Of a DNA stretch of 64,000 nucleotides, positions 54,653 to 64,000 are shown in pieces. The first letter of the stretch is position 1. The number at the start of each line of letters is the position of its first letter. Source of the stretch: the human T2T-CHM13v2.0 reference genome, Homo sapiens; assembly GCF_009914755.1 (NCBI RefSeq), contig NC_060926.1. One strand, written 5' to 3'. The translations under genes were made by a program, and so were the position numbers. Below the pieces are notes generated by a model that saw nothing but the letters and a program-made list of their open reading frames with translations, was not told the origin of the DNA and ran no database searches.

Positions 54653-54847
54653 GGAGGTCTAGGAGGGAAAAATGGTTTTGTAAGATGGGCCCAGGACCCC
54701 ACTGCTCTGTGCACCACTGGGACTTGGTGTCCTGCGGCCCAGCTGCGGGTCTAGGAGGTCTAGGAGGGAAAAATGGTTTTGTAAGATGGGCCCAGGATCT
54801 CACTGCTCTGTGCACCACTGGGACTTGGTGTCCTGTAGCCCAGCTGC
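54653..54847. repeat. Tandem duplication (period 101 bp) within THE1-int
   Basis: 54653-54746 is repeated at 54754-54847 with 4 mismatches. Confidence 0.93.
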
Positions 54848-55202
54848 TCCAGCTCCAGCCATGGATGATAAGGGCCAAGGTACAACTCAGGCTGTTGCTT
54901 CAGAGGGTGCAAGCGCCAAGCCTTGGTGGCTTCCATGTGAAGTTGAGGCTGCCAGTGTGCAGAAGACAAGAATTGAGGTTTGGCAACATTTGCCTAGATT
55001 TTAGAGCATGTATGAAAATACCTGGATGTCTAGGTAGAAGTTTGCTGCAGGGGCAGAACCCTCATGGAAAACCTCTGCTAGGGAAATGTGGAAGGGAAAT
55101 GTGGATTTGGAGCCCACACACAGAGTCCCCACTGGGGCACTTCCCAGTAGAGCTGTGAGAAGAGGGCCACTGTCCTCCAGACCCCAGAATGGCAGATCCA
55201 TG

Positions 55203-55761
55203 TGTAAGAATTAAAGAAAGAAGAAAGAAACATGAAAAGCAGCTCAACAGTCAAAGACACTTTTATTTTTTAATATAAACCTGAGAGGGACTTCTGACCG
55301 ATTTCAGTCAGGAGCACTCTCTCTTACAGACTAAGAGTATTTAAGGATTCAGGTGGGAAAGCTTATCACAGGCTCGGAATGTTTCTGTGTCTCTTTGTCT
55401 TGCTTCTCTGGGAGAGAGACTTTTTGTGTCTATTTCCATATATCTTCCTGAAGCTGCAGGCATACCCGTCTGAGTTGCTTTTACCTTTCCTATCTTAGTG
55501 CACCTAAAGGGAAAGGGATGTGCTTATTAGGTCCACTATTTTACTGGGGCCCATTGTATTAGTGTGAAGTTTGGCGATTACCAACACACCTTCCCCCTTC
55601 CTTCTGTGCCTGAGCTGCCTTATCTGTGTTTTACTGTCTGCTCATTCTGGCTGCTTGTTGTTAAAAGAGAAGTGATTTCCTTGAAATGCACGAGGTTAGA
55701 AAGGGAGCTGGAACTTAAAACAGTGGTATTTGACCAGGATGACAGTGCTCTTGCTCTATCA
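55203..55761 (-). mobile_element. LTR19B-like ERV1 solo LTR nested in THE1-int
   Basis: Reverse strand TGATAGAGCAAGAGCACTGTCATC...TTAATTCTTACA; perfect 5-bp TSD CCATG; THE1-int resumes afterwards. Confidence 0.82.
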
Positions 55762-57559
55762 CCATGAACAGCTTGTAATGTGCACCTGGAAAAGCTACAG
55801 GCACTCAACACCAACCCATGAGAACAGACGCGGGGGTGGAACACTGCAAAGCCACAGTGGTGGATCTGCCCAAGGCCATGTGAATACACCATTTGCATTA
55901 GTGTGTCCTGGATGTGAGACATGGAATCAAAGGAGCTTTAAGATTTAATGACTGCCCCCACTGGATTTTGGACTAGGATGGGGGCCTGTAGCCCCTTTAC
56001 TTTGGCCAATTTCTCCCATTTGAAATGGGGACATTTACCAAATGCCTGTACCCCCATTGTATCTTGGAAGTAACTAACTGGTTTTTGATTTTACATGCTC
56101 ATAGGCGGAAGGGACTTGCTCTGTCTCAGATGAGACTTTGGATTTCAGACTTTTGGGTTACTGCTGGAATGAGTTAAGACTTTCAGGGACTGTTGGGAAG
56201 GCATGATTAAAATATGAAAAGGGCATGAGATTTGGGAGGGGCTAGGGGTGGAATGATATGGTTTGTCCCTGTGTTCCTACCCAAATCTCATCTCAAATAT
56301 AATCCCCATGTGTCAAGGGAGGGACCTGGTGGTAGGTGATTGGATCATGGGTACGGTTCCTCCCATGCTGCTCTTGTGATAGTGAGAGAGTTCTCATAGG
56401 ATCTGATGGTTTTATAAGTTGTGGTGTCCCCTGCTCTCTTGGTCTTTCCTGCTGCCTTTTGAACCAAAGGGACTTGCTTCTCCTCATCTTCTGCCATGAT
56501 TGTAAGTTTCTTGAGATCTCCTCAGCCATGCAGAACTCTGAGTCAATTAAACCTCTTTCCTTTGTAAATTACCCAGTCTCAGGCATTTCTTTATGGCAGT
56601 GTGAAAATGGGCTATTATAGTCAGTGAGGGTCAAGCATGTTTTATCTCAACCAACAACAGATTCTTGGGTAGGATGGCAGTAATGCAGTTTGATACCAAA
56701 AGGTGATGGATAGGATGATGATGATAATAAATAATATGTAATAAGAACAAATTTTAGAAGGATATGTTTCAAAGAGTACAGAAGTTTGTTAGACCTGACT
56801 GGTATTGGATAGACATAACATTGTTTAAGTTCGACAGAAGGAGAAGATCCACCCTGTGTGGGGAACAATGAGAACAGGTCTGAGGTATGGTGAATGAGAT
56901 TGTTGATTTATGGGAACGGTGAAGTTTTGGAAAATACACAGAATGAGATGTGGCATACTTGAAAGATTCTATTCCAGGGAAAACATACACACACTGGAAA
57001 ATGGAGATCTCCCTTAGAGACTCGGGATAGAGAAAGAAGCAGCTAAAAAGAATTGGGTTCTATCAGAATAAAATACCACCAGTCAATAAGAAGATAATCA
57101 ATTAAAAACAGGCTAATGACAAACACTACCATAAGATGATAACAAAAGTCTACCTGCATTAAATAAACTGCACAATTGTACTTTAATGTAGCGGGAGGTA
57201 GAACATGTACCCTTGAACTAAAGCTAAAGCCAAGTGAGCCCCCTCCTCCCTTGAGTATCATCTGCTAGTATGGGAGAAAAATAATTCAAGACATAATCCT
57301 GATCATAAGGAAAATAGAATCCAATGTTTGTAAAACTTGCTATATAAAGAAAAGTATTGCTTACTATTGCTGGACAAGAAAAATTCAAGATATGAAATTC
57401 TGATCATTAAAAAGGATCCCAAAATTTATTAAAATATTATGTGTAATGAAAAGATAATAAATATTTATTGAATGAATTCCTCAATTTTCCTATGAATTGA
57501 GAAGTGCTCATGAAAATGCATAGGTAAATTATAAAATGCTATTCCATTTCATTCAGGGC

Positions 57560-57802
57560 TCTGCTGAGCTGAAATACCACAGAGATCCCTTTCCAGACTG
57601 AATTGTTTGAAAAAGTTCTCCCTATCACTTTCTTCATAGCACATATCATTTGAGGTTTTACTATTTTTCTGTCCTTCACTAGAGAATAAGCACCATGTGG
57701 TCAGTGAGTTCATTTGTTTTAACTTGTGGTCTCTCATACCTAGAATAGTTCTGGCCAAATAGAAGACACTCAATAAATATTTGTTGAATGAATAAATGAA
57801 TA
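57560..57802 (+). mobile_element. L2 3' end
   Basis: ..cctagaatagttctggccaaatagaagacactcaataaatatttgttgaatgaataaatgaat is the canonical L2 terminus. Confidence 0.8.
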
Positions 57803-58201
57803 AAAAAACTTCATTAAATATTTTGAAGGGATTTTCATATAAAAGAAAAAGAAATGCTGAACTTTTCAGCAAAGTAACCCATGTATTTGAGATAAAACTA
57901 ACTCCTCCACTTTAAGTTTGATTTACACAAAAAAATTGTACATTTTTAAACTATAATTGTAACCTGATAAATATATTTTCTAAATAAGTTAATAAATTTT
58001 GGAAAACATTTGATGCAAGATATACTGTGAGAGAGCCATGAGATCTGGCCAGTTGACCATGTTACTATTGGAAATGTTAATAAAACAGTAAGATTGCTGA
58101 TGTTGCTTTCCATTAGAAAAAAATATCAGAGAAACATATGCTAAGGGGATAAACAAAAATGAGGAGTCTAGAGTCTACTTGATCTTAGTTATTGAGACAA
58201 T

Positions 58202-58277
58202 TCTATTAACAAGAGAGTGGGGGGCCAATATAATGTGGTCTATTAACAAGAGAGTTAAGGATCAATATAATGTGGTC
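58202..58277. repeat. 37-bp tandem duplication (2 copies)
   Basis: tctattaacaagagagt-N7-caatataatgtgg occurs twice. Confidence 0.88.
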
Positions 58278-58832
58278 CTTAACTATATCCTTACATAATT
58301 TGACACATGAATGTGCAACATAGTAAAGCATTAGTGACTTTATCATGATGAGCATCAGATTTAGGATCCTGTAATGAACACATCCCAGTCTCTCTTCTAG
58401 CTAAATATTGAAGTCAGAATGGAGAGATTGCATCCTTTGGAGGCTTGACGGAGACTTTGATTGCCATTTGGCCTTAAGCTCCATATCAAGCTAACATGAA
58501 TTAGAAAATTATTCCCACACTGCTCTAAAGGTGAAGCCATAGACTCCATGTCAGATCCTCGGCACATATGTAATTGAGTTTGTGCCATAAATAGCAAGGT
58601 AGTACAGAAGTTACGTGAAAATTAGTCTGTACTATAGTTACAAATATGTATAGTAAAAATTGTGATTAAATTCAGGGCATTTTAAACTTGAGTTGTCCTT
58701 TTATTATTCGGAGACAAATATAGTAAAATCTAGAGGAGTGGTTTTACCCCAAAAGCCCAAGAATTATTCATCAGCAGAACAAAGGCATAAATTGAGGCCT
58801 CTTGAATCCCAATCCTTTTGTACTCTTTAATA

Positions 58833-59179
58833 CAGGTACTCTTGGATTTATGGTGAGTTTATGTCCCAATTAGCCCATCATAAGTTGAGAATATCATAAG
58901 TCAAAAATGCGTTAAATACTCCCAACCTACCAAACATTATAGCTTAGTCTAGCCTGTCTTCAGTGTGCTCAGAGTACTTACATTAGACTGTAGTTGGGCA
59001 AAATCACCTAACACAAAGCCTATTTTATAATAAGGTGTTGAATATCTCATGACTGCATGTCACTGCCTGGAAAAAGATAAAAATTCAAAATTCACAGTAC
59101 ATTGAAATTGTGATGGTTTTATATCATCGCACAGTGGAAAAATTACTAACTTGAACCAGCATAAGTTGAAGACCATCTG
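58833..59179 (+). mobile_element. MER47A/B (Tigger5-derived) DNA transposon
   Basis: TA|CAG...CATCTG|TA with internal aacctaccaaacattatagcttagtctagcc..gttgggcaaaatcacctaacacaaagcc. Confidence 0.88.
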
Positions 59180-59754
59180 TATATGACACTTACCTGCAGA
59201 GAATCATCTGGATTCTAACTGAATAAAGCCCTCAACTGAGATTTTTTTATTGCGAAACTTTGATTTGAAACACAGTGAATAAACATCAAAATATAAGGTA
59301 CAAAGATACAAGTCAATACTTTGAATATAAGAAAAGCAACCTTTGACAATAAGATTCCAAGACCAGGATAGTCAACATTACTCTTTCATCGTGACTTTAG
59401 GATGACCAAGGCAGGCACAATGAAGATAAAATATGGCATATCCTTGTTCTTCTTCAGAGCCATGAGTATTTGCTTTTTGTTTAAAGGTGTTTTTAGCAGC
59501 TTGAAGAAGCTGCTAAACCATTTTTTGACTCTGAATGTTCAGGAAACTATGTTGAGCTCTGAAGATGCAATAATTTTTAAGTTATCTACATATATCTCTC
59601 TCTTTCTTACCAACCATACATCTGTGCACCATGTTAGATTTTATTTGTTATGATTCTCAAAATAGGAGATAATGAAAATATTAACAGACTGCTGTTTAGT
59701 TTATAAAATGCTGTTTTTCAGTTAATATTAAATTCTGAACAATATGACTAGTAT

Positions 59755-59880
59755 TCTTATGGTTGTCTTACTCATGAGGAATCTGAGGCTCATAGATTGT
59801 AATTTGACACAAATTACAAACCTTCTAAATGGAAAAGCACAAGATAGGGATTTCTGACTCCAAAGCCAGTGTTTGTTTGT
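59755..59880 (-). mobile_element. MIR relic
   Basis: catgaggaatctgaggctcataga..aatttgacacaaattaca..tctgactccaaagcc. Confidence 0.6.
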
Positions 59881-60769
59881 TTGTTTTCTTACTGTGTTGC
59901 TTGTAGCATCTACTTACAGGCATTATTATTATTGCTTAAAAAATCTTGCCATCTGTTTACATTGACTTACCACTTTAGAAACCATTTGCTAAAAAGTTGA
60001 CAGTATAATAAAAGTATTCCATTATTAAGGATGAATAATTAGAACTAGATGCGAAAGGTGAAAGGGTAGAGTTTAAATACATATAATTCATTATTTAAGA
60101 AACTTCTAATAAAGAAGATTCTTTTACAATATGACTGACTATACCTTCCAAAATTTCAGTGAATGTTATTAAATCAGCATCCTCAAAGATTTCATGTCTG
60201 CCAAGTGTTGCAGACAAAAATAAAACTCTTTGAAAGCATCTTGCCACTTGTCTCTAGCTCCTTTATGTGATGAAATGTTTGTAGATTTATTATAAAATCA
60301 TAATTTCCATTTTAGTATTTTCATAATACTATATTTGATAGAAGTCACTTAATTAAAAGTGTTGTCAAGGGAAGTCAGCTGAAAATTAAGAAAGCACAGA
60401 CAGCTGCCTCGGTTGCTACCATGAAATTTATGTCTTTTAAGAAGTACTTTATTCTCATTCAACAATGTTTGCATGTTGGTTAATTTCAAATGTATCTTTC
60501 AAATTTATGAATGTATAATTTTTATTAAACAAAAACATTATAAAAATTAACACATAAAAGTGAAATACTCATGTTTTTATACAGTTAAATTTAGAATAAA
60601 TGTAAGTTTTTTGAAGGAACAAAGTATCGTTTGTATAGGAGAGAAAGAATGTGTGTATGTGTTTGTGTGTGTCTGTGTATCTGTGTTTATAGAGGTGGTG
60701 AAAATTTATTAAATCCCCCCAAAATGGAACTGGATATGACATTATAGTGTATTTGGTCTACCTAGACCA

Positions 60770-60875
60770 CCTTACTTGTCAACAAATGGGAGCCAGGAGA
60801 CTTTAAATAAGTATCTTAAGGTCACATAGTATGTTAGTAGCAGAGCAGAACTAGAACAGATTTTCTCATTCTCAG
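60770..60875 (-). mobile_element. MIR relic
   Basis: aaggtcacatagtatgttagtagcagagcagaactagaac. Confidence 0.55.
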
Positions 60876-62214
60876 TTATCTTTTCTCATTACTCTTCTTC
60901 TTCTTTAGTTTTATTTGTTATTTGTGATAATTTACAGTGCATTTGTGAATTGACATGCCTATGAGACTTCTGTTGGCCTACTTTGCTTAATCCTAAGAGG
61001 GCTATTACATGAGGACATCTGAATTGAGAAAGGCAGGAAAATGTATTTAGGTGTGACATTAATTTGTGACCTATGAAAGTGCTGTAGCATGCCCCCATAT
61101 CTAGGCCTTCAGTTTAAACAAATTGGTTAAATAGGGGCTGTGGCTCCCACACTCTCTAATTCCTAAGGCTTTTCTCTCCCATCCCAATGTAAGTCAATGC
61201 TGATTGAACCTCGTTCACTTAGGAGTGTCCTTGTGACTGCCTTCTGGGTATAAATGCTCAAGATAATGATGACACGTATGGTAACTGTATTCTCCTGTAT
61301 TCTCAGAGATGAAAGTGAACTGTGATTCTGCTTGCAAGGTATCTGTGCCTGCTTGTATTCTTCCCCAGCATTTCCCAGTCTTTCTGACTTTTCCATAGAT
61401 CTTCATCATTTCCATAGACATTTGTCTTCCTTCTTTTTTTAACTTTTACATGTCATATGGGAGTGGCCCCTGTAAGTATCATTTGTTCTTACCCAACTTT
61501 CTCTATGACATAAGAAACCTTTTAAATACTGATCAAAATAATTCAGGCAATGTTCTTTAATAATATAAAATATAAGTATTGTGTTTCAGATGAATCAGAC
61601 ATATTCGTTTAGTAGGTCAGATTCTCCATATCATTATAGTGATGAGCATATAGTAGGATTTATGGAAATACTTCACTTACATTTCCCTTATGGAGATGAC
61701 AATAGTAAGAATTTTTACTTTTTTTCTTACCTTTCACTACGTAAGGATGAGCTTGGATTACTTATTTTAAAATCCATAATTAGGCATTTCCAACTACTCA
61801 ATATGGTTTATATAAACTTACTAGGAATATCTGTTGAATTAAAACCTTACCTTATGTTTGATTTTAAATGTACCTGTCTTAATCCTTAAAATAAGAAGGG
61901 TACATTTTTTTCAATTACTCCTCACTTAAGAAAAGATATTCTTGAGTAGTTATTTATAATAAGGAGATCATGGACTACTTACATTTTAACTCAAATTCTT
62001 CTTAAGTGTTTACATTTTTAAATATTGATTATTGCTAGAAGGAACTCATACATTAAATTGGCATACTCTTTTTTTATTCTTTTCTTGCCTTATTTTCAAT
62101 TATTCTATAAATTAGAAAAATTTTTTTCTTAGAATAAACAAAATCACAGTGTTCTGAGATTTTGCAAAGTCTATGTCACTGAATAACAGTGAATATGATT
62201 TTTCCTTATGAATG

Positions 62215-64000
62215 AGAATATTTTCTCTGGCAAAAATAGAATTAAATTAGAAATCAACTACACAAATAAATTTGGGAAACCCTGAAGTATTTGGAAATTT
62301 ATGAATATATTTCTAAAAGAGGTCACAAGAAATTGTAAAATATTTTGGACTGAATGAAGACTAAAATCCAACATTTCAACATTTATAGAATGCAACTAAA
62401 ACGGTAGTTTTGGGGGAATTTATAATTTTAAATGTCTATTTTAGGGAAGAATAATATTCTCAAATTAATATCCCTAGCTTAATCTTAAGAAACTTAACAA
62501 CAGAAAAGCAAAGTTATTCAAAGCAAACAGAAGGAAGAAAATAATAAAGATTAAGATGGAAATATACCCAAAAGTTAATTCTTTAAAAAGACCAACAAAA
62601 CTGACAAAATCTTACCTAGATTTACTACAAACATGAGAGAAAACACAAATTACCAAGACTGACAATGAAAGAGATGACATCATTAGGACCCTAAAGACAT
62701 TTTAATATATTATAAAAATGTTATTATAATAATTTAGATAACTAGCAAAAATGGATAAAGTCATGGAAGGACCCAAATTACCAAAGTGGGGTCAATGAGA
62801 ATTTGAGAGTATGAATAAAACTATAAAATTGAATTAGCAATTTAATATCTTCTCTAAAATAAAAGCCCTCTATCTCATGGCCTTATTCAAAATTCTGTGA
62901 AATATTTAAAGAAGAAATAGTAGTAATCTTTCCTACTGGTACCAGTAGGAACCATAAAAATGTATTTTATTAATAGGCTAGTGTAATCCTAATTCTCATA
63001 TCAGACAAATGCATCACAAGGAAACACAACCAAACAGATAAATAAACAACAAAAACTACAGACTAATATTTTTCATAAATGTAGAGGCGGAAGTCTTTAA
63101 CAAAATATTAACAAACTAAATTCAAGAACATATAAAAAGCATTATACACTGTGACCATGTAGGATATATTCCAGACAGTCAAGGTTGGTTTGTCATCTAA
63201 AAGTCAAATAAGGTAATACATTATATTAACAGAATAAAGTAAAAAGCAACACAGTGAACTCAATATACAGAAAAAAATTGAAAAATTCTAATAGTCATGA
63301 TAAAAACTCTCAAAAAACTAGTAATAAAAGGGAATATCTTTAAAATGACAAACAGTATTTAGTTCACAGCGGATATAATACTTAATGGTAGAGAATGTTA
63401 ATTTAATATTTCTATTAAAATCTGAAATGAGGCAAGAATGTCTGTTCTCATCACTTCTATTCAACATAGTACTGAAGGATCTAGCCAGTGCATTAAAAAG
63501 GAAAAAAAAGCAATTAACAGCACTCAAATTGAAAGAGAAATGTACAATTATTTTACTTCTCAGATGACATGATCCTTTATGCAGAAAATACAAAGAGATC
63601 CATAATAAACTACTTGAACTAATAAACAAATTTACCAATGTCATAGGATACAAGATTAATATAATTGTATTTCTGTGTACTTTCAAGGAGCAATCTAAAA
63701 ATGAAATTATAGAAAAATTATATCCATGACATCAGAAATAAGATACACAAAAAAATTAAGAATATAATGTAAATGTAAGTATAATATATATTAATATAGC
63801 ATAATTATAATGAATATGAAATAAATATAAATATGTAAAATAACATCACAAACTAAGAATATAAATAAAAAAGATTAAAAAATCTGTGTTAAAAACTACA
63901 AAATGTTGCTAAAACAAATTGAAGATCTATATAAATGGAGAGACATTCCATGTTCATGAATTGTAAGTCTCCATACTGTGAAGATGGCAATTCTCCCAAA
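62215..64000 (+). mobile_element. Old L1 (L1M4/L1MB-type) ORF2 fragment running off the window end
   Basis: ORF 63385..63567 FLLKSEMRQECLFSSLLFNIVLKDLASALK resembles L1 RT [30 protein letters not shown]; heavily decayed. Confidence 0.92.

Larger units (their letters stand above)
53686..56619 (+). mobile_element. Full-length THE1 (THE1D-like) MaLR provirus: 5' LTR 53686-54044, internal 54045-56253, 3' LTR 56254-56619
   Basis: Paired TGATATGGTTTG LTRs, perfect 5-bp TSD GTCAG, MaLR-internal ORF remnants 54062..54289 and 54417..54662. Confidence 0.95.

Noticed and set aside
54062-55260. Cluster of ORFs up to 194 aa
   Set aside because: THE1-internal remnants, partly lengthened by the 101-bp duplication.
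59189-59220. Minus-strand consensus donor (acttacctg), with a similar one near 34260
   Set aside because: No convincing paired acceptor; frequency compatible with chance.

Overview
AT-rich, non-coding primate genomic DNA. Alu, THE1/MST, L1PA/PB and an LTR6-like LTR point to a simian, probably an Old World monkey, ape or human. I can support no protein-coding gene, tRNA, rRNA or CRISPR array. The listed ORFs are chance ORFs, decayed L1 ORF2 or MaLR-internal fragments, or repeat-derived frames. Roughly half the window is transposon-derived: 7 Alus, a nested L1/LTR stack at about 9.2-19.7 kb, two full-length MaLR proviruses (MST at 34.5-37.8 kb, THE1 at 53.7-56.6 kb) each carrying a nested ERV1 solo LTR, a deleted MER61-like provirus, solo LTRs, MER5A/MER20/MER33/MER47 DNA elements and MIR/L2 relics. 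The most unusual features are two near-homogeneous minisatellites born inside old transposons (13 x 50 bp in an MST LTR; 17 x 36 bp in an L1MB, open on both strands) whose spreading variants are all A>G, a 34-bp pre-miRNA-like hairpin in apparently unique DNA, a 12-of-13 minus-strand bias of LTR elements hinting at a + strand host transcript, and several repair or retrotransposition scars. I see no convincing novel multi-gene system. Repeat subfamily names are recalled from consensus sequences, not taken from a database search.
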